Assembly (NCBI GenBank): GCA_964106645.2
Contig: OZ067043.1
Length of the DNA: 64,000 nt
Direction: 5' to 3' (one strand)
Source of the DNA: Podarcis pityusensis
Taxonomy: Eukaryota
Notes under the pieces: generated by a model
Told to the model about the DNA's origin: nothing
Seen by the model: only the letters and a program-made list of their open reading frames with translations
Database searches by the model: none
Translations under genes and position numbers: made by a program
In this document: positions 52,977 through 64,000 of the stretch, one piece after another
Layout: every line of letters begins with the position of its first letter
How positions within the stretch are numbered: position 1 is the stretch's first letter

Positions 52977-54489
52977 TTAGTTACCTTAGTAACTTTCAGC
53001 TAGTGTATTCTGTGATTAGGCTACAGAATGCAAGTCAGTTAGCATGACAATGAATCTGTCACACTCACAGTCAAGAGGTGTACTAAGCAGGCAAAACCTT
53101 GCATGTAAGATGCCTGAGATAAAATATATTTCCTGCTTTGCTTTTCTAAACCATCATAATGATCTAGAAAGCACATGCTACTTTTCAAAAACTATTTGCC
53201 ATGTTCTACAGCTGTTTCAGTAATATGGCATACACAATTTCACAAGCATGCTTCTGCCTTGAACAGCTATTACCCTTTACTACCTCCCTCAAACTTCCAT
53301 TTCTTTGGCTAATCCTTTGACTGGCTCATTGATCCAGCTACAGTTTCCTCAGCCATATTGCAAAGAGGGACTCGTTTGCTTGGAAGCAGAGGCACTCTCT
53401 ATTGGGCAGGCCAGAAGAAGACTGTGATCCTTGGAAAGGCTAGAAGGACCAAAGATGGAAATCTCGCTTAGGGAGGAAGAAGAGAGCAAACTGCATTTAA
53501 AATGTGCACAGAGTAAATCACCAATGAACTCTTTACAAATAAAATGGAAATAAGTTTTCATTAGTTCCATACTCACAATACTTTAATTATAACTCCAGGA
53601 TATATCCCACTATGGCGTGCACCAACAAGCCAAACACAGCCCATCATCACCTATGTATCATGGTCCACCAGGTATCCCCATTTCCATAGTTCTCAACAGG
53701 TAGACTTGTTGGAAGCTCCTGGTAAGCTGCCATACATGGTTGGTGGGCTACATACATCTTGATGAGTCACATTTTGTGCAGGCCGGGTCTATACCATATG
53801 ATTATCTACTAGCAAGAATCAACAGTGTGAAAGTTTCATTAGGGTTACCATAACCCCCAGGTTATGGTCACCCCCCCCCCCCACCGTCACTGGTGGCAAA
53901 ATGCCAACAGATTTAAAAGGATCTAGATTGCAACGTTAATAGTTTCCTTAGAAAATATTACTGTGCCCACCTACAATCTCTGGTTAGAGTTTCACCATGG
54001 CTTTGAATTTCTGACACAGTCTAATTGGTGAAAGTGTTGAATGACCTTTTTGGGATAAAATGACTTTTCAAAAACAAAACTCTTTCACGGCAAATTATGG
54101 AATATGGACTATTTTCCTCAGACTGGAAGAGGGTGATCCAGTCCCTAAAAGTAAGTGCATACTGAGGCGTTAAGGCATATTATTTATCCATTTAAATACA
54201 TATTTTGGTATACACATTCTTAAGTGCACACAGTTGTGTGGGGTAGATGGGTATTTTGGTCAGCATAATGTTGAGCATTGATTCTGAAAATGTGCAAAAT
54301 AATAATAATAAAAAAAATCACCCCAGGTTTAGTTGTGGTTATTAACACTTCTGGATCTGAAACAGAATGTAATTTTAAACAAGAGTGAAGAACAGAAAAT
54401 CCTATCTACTTCAACTGAATTTTGAATAGTTATCTTCCCAGCTAATCTCTTTTAAACCACCCATCAAATTATGTATATTGAGACAACCC

Positions 54490-57400
54490 TTACTTCAGTT
54501 AGCAGCACTACCTGCACCACAGTAATTGCACCTTATTTCGCAATTATTTTGCACTTTATATATTAACCTGGCAACAGCACAATCGTGATTAAGTGTCCTG
54601 ATTTGCCAAACAGATTGTCACAATCATAACTATTCAACACTTCGGACAATTTATGCATAATAAGTCCTCATTTGTATCACTTGGAGCTAATCCATTTATT
54701 TTTCATATTTTTTCATGACTGGGAGAAATATAATTGTGGTTGATTAAAAATATGAACAGCGATGATATCAACTAGATGATCACAGATTATCATGTAAGAA
54801 ATAGAAGAAAGCAAACATACCCCACAGTTTAAGGACTAATAAACTCTGTAAAATGTTATTGTAATTTGCGACAATCAACACAATCCACATCAAGTCCCAA
54901 TAAATCCCAAATTGTACAATGAACATATAGAAAAGATTTACCAAAGAAGTATGGAACTTTCAGTAGGGAGTAATCCTATAAACACACAGGCACATGCTTT
55001 TTTTTTTTAATATTATTGGGACTGTTCAGTGCAAAACTGTATGCATGTGTCTGTCTTGACAGAATTAGGCCCTTGGCTGACCATGGTTTCAAAAGGAGCC
55101 TCTATGGGACTAATCTTGAAAGCGCTTACTGAGCTGGTCCCAGTATCACAGTATGTACTTTGAGAGATTCAGCCCCTGCTTTGTTCTTATGATCTCCTCT
55201 CTCCTGAAGAAGCAGGGAGAGGTTTGCACAAAGTTTTCTTCTACAACTACGGTATTTTGCATTTATAATCACACCCAGCAACTGCAAATGAAAATTCAGA
55301 GGCTGGTTTGAACACTGGGCTAATAATGCGTTCCAACTGCTCCCACACAAACGAAAAACATTACTAGTCCCTTTCATTAGGTATTATCATGTTCAACAAT
55401 AAAAAATAAAATGTCACCCTGTTTTGCTGCAGGAATCATCAGACTCCATGTGCTGGGGGAGGATCGTGAAGGCAGTTAACTTGACTATAGAGTTTGGATG
55501 AGTAAATGATATTAAAACAGCTATTGTTGTGCCTGTGAGAAATAATGTTGGATATGCTTGGTTTCTGACATACCTTTGACTTGTTTCTTATTCCCCAAGA
55601 GAGCACTGGCAGAGATAATAGCTTCTGCCACCCTGCTCTTTCAACCTGTTGAATGGATTCTAGAACTTTAAAGCTGCAATACAAGAGGGAATACAGAGGG
55701 TGGCTTCAGTCAGTCCAACTTGGAGGAACAGGGCGTGCACCCAACTTGCACTTCTTGTTCTCTGCATCTTTGTAGGGCTCCACAGGAGACAGCTGAATAA
55801 GCTCTCATCGCCCGTCGCAAAGCCTTGGTTACAAAGATGCTGAAAAACAGCCCTTGCAAGTTACCAGTGCTTCCTGCCATCCTAACAAATTTGAATGTCT
55901 AGTCACCCCAAATGTCGGGATATTGCACCAGTCCAGTCAAATATTTCCATTAAAAAGTGCCATAGCGCAACACCAGTAGGTCCACAGCGCATGATATGAG
56001 ACGAAAGTATTTTCTCCTTCAATACAAACTGCATGATATATTATGGTTCTGTTCCCTAACACTCTTAATATAGCACTTTATTACTATTTCTAAAGAGCCA
56101 TACTGTTTCTAATGTGTCAACATTTTATTCATGAAGAACAGGAGCTAATAAAGGAGCTAAATAAATTTATAATGTAGGTCTTAGAAGTGGTTTATGTGTA
56201 AAATAATTGTGTCGAATCTCCAGCTAGCAACAAGAATGTCAGAACTTTGAGAACAGGCTTTGTTGAACGTTTTATGATGCCGATATTAAAAGCGAACTGT
56301 TACTATGTAGTCAATAACATTCTCCTTCCTCCATGTTTCATAGGGTTAGAATGGGTGATGTAATTATTTAATGTACCACAGTTCCTTATTCAACAGTCAG
56401 TTTACTTGAATTAAAACCGCTGTGGTTAGCTGAGTCATCGCTAAATTCCCCTTTTAAGCTTTGATGCCTACACAAACTCATTCTGAGATACAACAGTTTA
56501 TGTAACATCATCAGTTAGTTATTGCACTTTGTAGTACAGAACTTAGCAACTTCAATTAAAGAGGCAAACTGTTAACACACATCCTGAACTGATGAAAACA
56601 AATGAATCTTCTATTAAGTAGCAAAGAGCAATTTCTCACTATTTGTTCTTGTGAATAAATTCGAACGAAAGTTTTTGCACTTATTTTACACTAGAGCAAA
56701 ATTTGTACAGATTCCCTGCTTTTTCAAGTGTCTTTTTTTTTTTTAATTGGAAGTGGATATGCAGTGTATACAGAGTATCAGCTATCAGATTGCTTATTTT
56801 TCTTCTGTTTTCAAAGATGAACCTTTACTAACTATGTTTCTTTCACTAAAGTTTTATGTGGGGGTTATTTTCAATGTCAGCTTTCATGGAAGCAGGACTT
56901 ATAGGAACCAGGGCATTAGAAGTCCTTTCAGAAGAGAAAAATGCAGTTGTTATTCTAACAGGAGAACGATGCTAATGACATTTTGGCAAATAAATATGTA
57001 ATAGGCATATGTAATATATATATATATTCATTCTGGTTTCTAATGTTGCATGTAAGATAAACTATGAATGAGGACAAAATAGGACATTTTAAAGGTTATA
57101 TCCATATGCCTTTGCAGATTGTGCAGCATGAATGATGTTTAACATAACATTTACAACATGTAGAGATGTGGCTGACATGTGGAATAGAGCCATAACAGGC
57201 ATTTGGGGAAATTCTTCAACCAAATGATTGTGAAGGGAGAAAACACTGGTATATTTTTGCAAATCAGTGGCTTTTTTGAAAAAATGGCACTGATATGTTA
57301 TCATCTGTCTTATGTAGCATTCAAATTATTGTTATTTGTGTGCATGAACATGTGTGTTTTAGAGCATGTGTGTATGATCAAAACTCTAATCCTTCTATAG

Positions 57401-58517
57401 ATTTTCCAGACCTAAGCACTATGTTCTATAAGCCAACCAACCAGATACTGTACAGTATAAATTCAATAGGAAGAACAATACTGATATGTAGAACTTATCA
57501 CTAATTATAAAAATACAATAAAATAAAGGGATGGTCATTTTCTCTGCAGCCTTATAAAAATTCTGACTTTGAATGAACAAAGGAAATGTTACATTCACAA
57601 AGGAGTCTCTGAGAGATATCTTCTGCTTTGTACAGGTTTGGAATATGCTTTGAACTTGACAGACTGAAAAATGTACCAGCTATTACTTTTCTGCTGTGCT
57701 CAATGTTTGGAGTAGTTCCTTTACCCCAATGGTGGTTCATTTTACAGCCAATAGCACCTTTTGTCCTTAAGAAAAGATTCGGTACCCTTGAGCTAAGCAT
57801 CTACAAAAAATAAAATTGAAAAATTCCCCTGCCATTTGTTGGTGAGGAAGCAAAAAGCAGTATCTTATGAAGGCACACCCATGCTGAACTGACGAGAAAA
57901 TCAAAATCAAAGCATAACTGCACAGTGCAGTCATATCACAAGGCTCATTCTTGAAATCTGAGTATCATGCTAGAAGAAAATCTAGGTATGTGATCTAATT
58001 TTGAAGAAATGAATCAAAGGCAATATTATTTAGCTTTTTTGTAAAAAAAAAATGTGTAAATGAAGATAGACTCTTATTTAAAGAGGGAAATGGATGTTTG
58101 TATTGCAGCCTTAAAGATCACATTTTTTTAAACTGCAATATTTGGGTTCTTTTTATGTAAACTACTGTCTGCAAATCAGCAGACCATGACTGAATGTTTT
58201 TTTTGAAAAGTTACAGATTACAAACATGAACTGACAATTAATATCCTCTAAAAGTAATTTCAGAGCTCTCACGTCTTTTTTTTTAAAAAAAAAGAAGAAA
58301 AAGGACAATGTGTACTTCTTCACAAGGTAATGCAGCTAATAAAAAAGAGAGTAGAATTAAAGTATTTACATAATGAGCAATTCTACAGAAGGCGATCATC
58401 CCCCACATAAGCACTGCTGATTATATCCCACGCCGCTTTTTAACAAACTCTACCAGATTGGATCCAGTCATCAGCACTTTCAAAGAATCCTTAAAAGCCA
58501 TTCATGGTTCTTTACAT
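54490..58517 (-). other. NEGR1: NEGR1 3' UTR (distal end approximate)
   Basis: Follows the NEGR1 stop. Proximal sequence GGCTTTTAAGGATTC...GGATCCAATCTGGTA...GCGTGGGATATAATCAGCAGTGCTTA resembles the mammalian NEGR1 UTR from memory. About 4 kb with no recognisable transposon, U-rich on minus. AATAAA on minus at 56124-56129, 56077-56082 and 54695-54700; Pumilio element TGTAAATA at 58363-58370. Confidence 0.75.
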
Positions 58518-58642
58518 TTATTGTAGAACGATGTTCTTCAGGTACATTAAGCTGGTGTAAGAGGACAGTGTCAACACAAGGAACCAGCAGGATAATAGAA
58601 CTTCAGCACCCCCAGTGATCCCAAGCTGGGTTGTACTTGGAG
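58518..58642 (-). CDS. NEGR1: NEGR1 (neuronal growth regulator 1 / Kilon / neurotractin, IgLON family), terminal coding exon encoding the GPI-anchor signal peptide
   Basis: Strong minus-strand acceptor (ctgttttctttctttctttcttttccag|CT). Phase-1 translation gives (x)PSTTQLGITGGAEVLLSCWFLVLTLSSYTSLMYLKNIVLQ* (125 nt, TAA at 58518-58520). This matches the human NEGR1 C-terminus as I recall it (PPSTAQYGITGSADVLFSCWYLVLTLSSFTSIFYLKNAILQ). Upstream exons lie beyond the window end. Confidence 0.95.
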
Positions 58643-59759
58643 CTGGAAAAGAAAGAAAGAAAGAAAACAGATTATTTAGAATCTTTTTGAGCTTTCCTCA
58701 CTTTTTCTTCTTACAATCAGCTATAAATTATTTTACCAATAGATTTCAAAATAGCAACTTTCAGCAAAGCATAGCTGAAAAGGAAATCACACTTTTGCAC
58801 CACTAAAATTCCTCTATAGCAAGCAGAATTTTATGATATAGACGAGGGCTGGTTCACACACTACATTTTTAAAAGAGGGAATGCATATTCTTTATTTCCC
58901 CACTTGTCTATTATGGAATCCTGGAAAACGAAGCAGATTCCTTTGTCAATAGGCAGATAGGGCTATTTCATATTGTATATAAGGTACATGTTCAAGGATG
59001 GCTGTGAAACAGAGAATTTTAGAACTCCATTCTTTATTAGAGCAAAAATGACTCTTGCTACAATTTCCCTTCTCTCAGCCTCTTTCACCACAGCCTGAGC
59101 AAGTATGTTCTTTCCTGGACCTAAAGTGTTGGTATACATTAATTCTTCCCCCATGTAGGACTTTCTTTTATACAAGAAACTCCGCTCTGTCTATCTGTCA
59201 TCTATCCATCCTTCCATCTTAGGCAAACAAAATCACAGTGCAAAATGAACTATGGTGATTATTGCAGAAGAGTGTTCAGTCGTTAAGGTCAAAGGCCACT
59301 TCTAGGATTTAACACAGTAGAAAGTAGCCTTTGCCACCAGCTCAGTCTACTGCATAAAACTTTCTTTCACCCAGCTCTCTATAATGTTGAAATATGCTTC
59401 TTGTGCAGGGCTCTCACTATCATTTGGCCACCATAGCGGCTCTCTGCTGGAGGATGGACTTGTGTGTGCCCTCAGTTGCAGAGGACCATGTTGTCCCATT
59501 AGTATTGTTGAAGTCAGATCCAGTTGTCAGTTCAGTTGACTTCTGAGCGTTGAATGGAGAGAGGGAGATGCCTTTTTGTTCTTTGCTTCAGGCAGCAAAG
59601 GGTCTTGGGGTGGTTCTGCTCTTTTGTATTTAGTTTCAGATGCATTCAGAAGCTGTGGTGGCTGTTCCTCAGTGCTTGGTGGCAGCACTGTCCTCCTGTT
59701 CATTGTTGTTTTGTTTATACTCTGACACATTTTGCTGCAAGTGAATGTGTGCCTGTGCA

Positions 59760-59897
59760 TAGGGTTGCCATATTCCCCAAGGTGAAAATATGGACAAAGT
59801 TGTTGACACCCCCTCCCCCCATTTTGTTGATTCGGTAAAAATCCTCCCAGGCTCCATTTTGGTGTGTCCAGGAAAACCCGGACATATGACAGCTCTG
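59760..59897. mobile_element. Short hAT-type MITE (TAGGGTTGCCATAT family)
   Basis: TIR TAGGGTTGCCATAT / ATATGACAGCTCTG; 8-bp TSD cctgtgca (59752-59759) / gctgtgca (59898-59905). Confidence 0.75.
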
Positions 59898-61024
59898 GCT
59901 GTGCATAATCTCTGGATTGTGCACAACCAAACTTTAATGTACCTCTGTGGCACCTTGCATCTTGCCTCTGTAAGTGCCTCCACCTGGTATGATCATGGTT
60001 CTTGACATGTGGCTATTCAACATGGCTGGCAGCCAACCATGGCCCATTTCCATGTAAACAGCACTTCATGATGCTATAGGAGCTTAGAAGTTCAATCCCA
60101 GTCGTGCTTTTGTTGTTTCTCTAATTGCTTTAGGATGCAATGGGCTCGCTGTGTATAGTACACTGTGTGAAGAAGGATAGCATCCTACCCTTCAGCAACT
60201 GTTCAGAAAAACAGTCCATGGCTCTCAGCAGTGTGTTCCAGTAAAACCAAGTTGTTTGATCACAGCTTGATACAGCTGTTTTGTGGAACATTGAGTTCAT
60301 TGTCTGAATGCCTCTCTCAGCTGGTCCACTGAAATGTGGGGGTCTCAAGATTGCAGTATATGTTATTCCCCACTGTATTGCTTGTATTCTTTCCTTGCCT
60401 GTAAGAGACATTGTCCCCTGTCAAATATTTGAGGAACACCAGGTTTTGCAAATATGACTTTTTAATTTGGTTGCATCAAAGTGTGCTGAATTATCTTGGA
60501 GGGTATTTGGAGGAACAGTGAATTGGGAGTAGGTACAAATGTCTAAGAAATACCTGCAGTTATCTTGAGCTGTGATAGTTTACAGATCTTACTGGGGCAA
60601 AGCACTTTACACCTTGTCTTGTCTGGAATGACGACTTTGTCACCACTGCTTTGTGATGAGAGGATCTTTTGTCGGCCAGCATGGCTGCAGTCCAGGATTC
60701 ATTTGCTTTATTTTGCTTGTCCAGCCTTTCTCTTTCAGCCTCTGTTCTGAACTCTGCATCAGAACTCTGTACTTTCATAATAAACTCCTCCTTCACAAAC
60801 ATCATCTGTGTCATTCGACAGATTCCTGCTAATGTTCTTGATAACAAGCATCTCTTTTTATCGCTATGCAGTCATCTTACAATAGGCAGAGAAGCATCTT
60901 GCAGATACTTTGCCAGAGACTTTGAAAATACAATACTTCGTAAGTAATGAACTTCTAGATGCGGATTAAACAAACTTCTAGCCCATATTCCAAGGCATAG
61001 GCTGGTATTAGGGCTGAGCCACAT

Positions 61025-61482
61025 CAGAGGTGGCCAACTCCTGAGAGACTGTGATCTACTTTCAGATTTAAGATTTAAAATCTGGCAATGATCTACGAGG
61101 TTTTCCAGGGAAAGCACTGGGACAAAAAAGAGAATTGCTCAGACAAGGACCTCAAAAGCCCAGACCTTTCCCTAGAAAACATGGAGCAAAAAATTACTGT
61201 ACATTTGATACTAGATGTCTGACAGTTCTTGATGTATTTCAATTAGGATGGTCCAAGAGAAAAAGTCACTCACAATAATATCGCTTTGAATGAAAACAGC
61301 CACAGAGAGAAAGCTCCGCCTTCCCTTCCACTGATCAGACAACAATGGGGGTAGGGCGAGGGGGCGGGGCAGGAGTCAGTTTCAAGAACACTGAGGAAAG
61401 GGAGCCAGAGATCGACCCGCAATCTACCAAAACCTAGCGGGGAGCTACCAGTAGATCGTGATCGACTTACTGGACATCTCTG
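61025..61482. mobile_element. hAT-type MITE nested in the Gypsy pol
   Basis: Ends CAGAGGTGGCCA ... TGGACATCTCTG form an imperfect TIR; subterminal GATCTAC/GATCGAC motifs; decayed 8-bp flanks agccacat / ctctacat. Confidence 0.7.
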
Positions 61483-61489
61483 CTCTACA

Positions 61490-62100
61490 TGAATCTGGCT
61501 TATCCTCACAAGCCTTTGCAATGCGTGAGGGAGATGGGGATGGATTGTCTCAACTTTGCTGTCATCGGGGTTGATTACATGTGATGAGAGGACATGTTCC
61601 ATGCACTTTACTCCTTGGGCCAAGCGCTGCTCTATCATGTTTCTCACATTTTTCAGTATCTTGTTATGTTTCTCATGTGTGGATGCTGTTACACTCATGT
61701 CATTTGCTATTATGTGCACTTCTATGGTATCTCCAAATGTGTCATAATTATTTTGTTGAAGCACTTCAATATTTGACTTAATTCCAAAAGGTAGACTAAG
61801 AAATTTGAATCTGCCCCATGGTGTGTTGAAAATACATAGGTCAGCGGAATTCCCTATCCAATCTATTTTGCCAAATGCATATTTTGCATCCAGAATCATA
61901 AAGATGTTTATACCAGCGAAACGACACTGAACATCTGCTGCCATTGGAATGAAATAATGTTGTCCTCTATTCTGGGATCCAAGAAAATCTGCAGCTTGCC
62001 ATTTTTCACTCTGTTAGTGATGCTCAAGTGCTCAGGCTATTAACCCATGGGGTAGACAGAGTCATTCTGGCTATAAACCCTTCTTTCCCCAAAAGCTCCA
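61490..62100 (-). pseudogene. Gypsy reverse transcriptase remnant (source of ORF 61270..61944)
   Basis: LDA, FNTPWGRF and LPFGI motifs retained; the catalytic YxDD position reads IAND; frameshifts upstream; the ORF runs into a hAT MITE at 61482. Confidence 0.88.
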
Positions 62101-63789
62101 GTGATATTTTTTTAAAAGGCTGTTAAAATGGTATCTGCATACCCCCAATTTGATGGATGGCTGTGCTGGATTTGTGGATCTATGGTTTATCCCATAAATT
62201 TTGCTGGGTTCCTAAAAATTCCATTCATCTTTAGCTTGGGGCAGTTTGTGCCAATTCAAGCTGAGATGGGGTCAAGCATCCTGACCTAACAATAGTATGG
62301 TAGATGATGTGATGATGAAAAAATTGAAGACTGCTTTTGAATCTTCCTATAGCTGCTATGTCTGGTCACAGAATGAACAGAGCCTGTGAGGTGGTGTTCT
62401 CCTTGCCCTCCTGTGGCCTGGCTTTGATCCTGGTGCCTTGAGTGCTATGCTGTTGTACGACTTGCAGACTTCCAAGAATTTGTCACTCTGTCACCCAGCC
62501 ATGAACTCAGTCTGTGTGTGTGCAACTTCAGAGGCTCTGCAGATGTGTTACTGCCTTTTATAAACTCAGATTCCCTTAGTAATGTCTCCTTTAGTTTCTT
62601 AATCTGTCACACTAAACACAGTTTTGACCCTGAGCATGTATGATCCTCAATGCCCCCAAGTGCACTGAACACATTTTGTTTCTTCCTTTATGTTCTGAAA
62701 GATTTTAAATGTTAAAGTTTCTGTTTCTGTTAAATGAGAACGACAGCAGAACCAGTAAACCCTAAAAACAATGTTTTTATGATAATGAGATTTCTTAGGA
62801 CTGTTTAATCACCATCCATTGTTGGCCCTTTTGTATCTGACTGCTGATCTAGGGAAACCTTCTTCAACCTGGTGGACTCTTAAATAAATAAATGTTGGAA
62901 ATTGCTCCAGGGAAGAGAGACAGAGCAAAAGAGATTTCACGGTCTCTCATATGATGAGGTTAAATATACAAGAGCATTTTACTGACCATTTAAATGAAGC
63001 AATATCATCAAGCTTTTAGATCATTATCAGAAAAGTTATTAACTCTTTAGAAAAGAGATCCAGCACGATCTCACTAGTCCCAGCTGAGGCCTTGCATACT
63101 AATGAGGTCATTTAAAAATAATAATTAAATATACACTTAAAATGTATACTCATAAAAGATCACATACAGATTGTTAAAATAAAAATTACAGCAACAGCCC
63201 TTTCATTAAAAGTAAGCAGCCCTAATAGAGAAGAAAGTTCCAAACGGCTGATTGTAGCAAGCTGCCGATTCTGTTCCCCTTATCTGTACTTAAAAGCAAT
63301 CATAAAAACAGGAAGAATAAAATTACAATATGATAAAATAATCATCATCACAGAAAGCTTTAAAAGAATGAGTGGCATAAAATATATTCCATAGTGGAAT
63401 ACAAGGTTCATATTTCTAGCAAACATACCAAATATTCATGAATGTTGCCAAATAAATTCATTCCCACTAAGTATGTTTGCTCATATATATATATCACTAA
63501 CAGCCTCCAAGATGTTACAACCTGCTTCCAGAACTTGAGTACATAGTTACAACTCCACCACATATGCCAATATGTTCCTCATACATTATAACTTTGCCAG
63601 CATAAGGGGGAACCTGATCTCACCATATGAGCTAGTCAGACCGAGGTTTAAAACCAGTAGTGGACCACCTTCAAAGAATTCTCCCTAATGTTAGTAGACA
63701 TGGACTTAAAATAACAAGTGGACCAGAACTTAGGCTATTGGGAATCTTTCTATGCCCTTTTAAAATGTGTCGGGGGGGGGGGGCATTAT

Positions 63790-63925
63790 TGGGTTGTTGT
63801 TGTTTTTATTTTGCTTATGTACTTTGTGGTTTTATATTCTGATTTTATTCTGTGAACTGCTCTGAGACCTGCAGGTATAGGGTGGTATAATTATTCAATC
63901 ATTCATCATCATCATCATCATCATC
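63790..63925 (+). mobile_element. LINE (L2-like) 3' tail with (CAT)n
   Basis: TGTGAACTGCTCTGAGACC...GGGTGGTATA plus microsatellite tail; related tails at ~39030-39160 and 6720-6860. Confidence 0.6.
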
Positions 63926-64000
63926 CAGTTCACCTATAGGGTCTGGCTCCCACACTGATTTCAAAATAGTAAGTGGAGAGAACCGCAATTGTAGGGAATA

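Larger units (their letters stand above)
59930..62670 (-). mobile_element. Decayed Ty3/Gypsy LTR retrotransposon internal region (gag, RT, RNase H, integrase); LTRs not identified
   Basis: Minus-strand remnants in Gypsy order, read across frameshifts and stops: gag-like LKETLLRES...ICRASE (~62520-62670); RT STPWVNSL...KNGKLQIFLDPR...HYFIP...ILDAKYAF...LCIFNTPWGRFKFLSLPFGIKS (~61490-62100); RNase H end KSLAK...MLLCLL...KEMLVIKNISR (~60820-60930); integrase GVPQ...GDN...WGITYT...HFSGPAERGIQTM...EQLLKGRML (~60150-60560); C-terminal EP*SYQVE...QRYIK (~59930-60000). Confidence 0.9.
58643..64000 (-). other. NEGR1: NEGR1 last intron (3' part), including the polypyrimidine tract at 58643-58670
   Basis: Lies upstream of the terminal exon acceptor; no further NEGR1 Ig-domain exon recognised in the window. 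Confidence 0.85.

Noticed and set aside
54547-54558. Overlapping miR-19/130/17 seed matches on the plus strand (TTTGCACTTTA)
   Set aside because: The transcribed strand here is minus (NEGR1), so plus-strand seed matches are irrelevant without an antisense transcript.
58378-58618. Plus-strand stop-free frame of ~80 codons
   Set aside because: Antisense shadow of the NEGR1 exon and proximal UTR; no start codon or recognisable product.
61270-61944. 224-aa ORF as a functional or domesticated RT gene
   Set aside because: The catalytic YxDD is lost, neighbouring domains are frameshifted, and the C-terminal third is read-through into a MITE.

Overview
AT-rich vertebrate genomic DNA; the repeat content points to a squamate, probably a lacertid-type lizard (inference). 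The window is almost entirely non-coding. The one recognisable gene segment is missing from the ORF track: the last coding exon of NEGR1 (IgLON family, Kilon/neurotractin) on the minus strand at 58518-58642. It encodes the GPI-anchor signal and is followed by a long, repeat-poor 3' UTR running to roughly 54.5 kb. Positions 58643-64000 are NEGR1's last intron. They hold a heavily decayed Ty3/Gypsy retrotransposon (gag-RT-RNase H-integrase, ~59930-62670) with one hAT MITE nested in it and another beside it. Positions 1-54 kb lie downstream of NEGR1. They contain many non-autonomous DNA transposons (hAT, Tc1/mariner, PIF/Harbinger-like), tRNA-derived SINEs, L2/CR1 3' ends, microsatellites, a convergent pair of CTCF-like sites, several enhancer-like repeat-free blocks and a second minus-strand 3'-end-like block at ~13.2 kb. 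I found no clearly novel biological system. The best leads are a possible GPI-less alternative NEGR1 terminal exon, recurrent MITE-into-MITE insertion and the Gypsy fossil.
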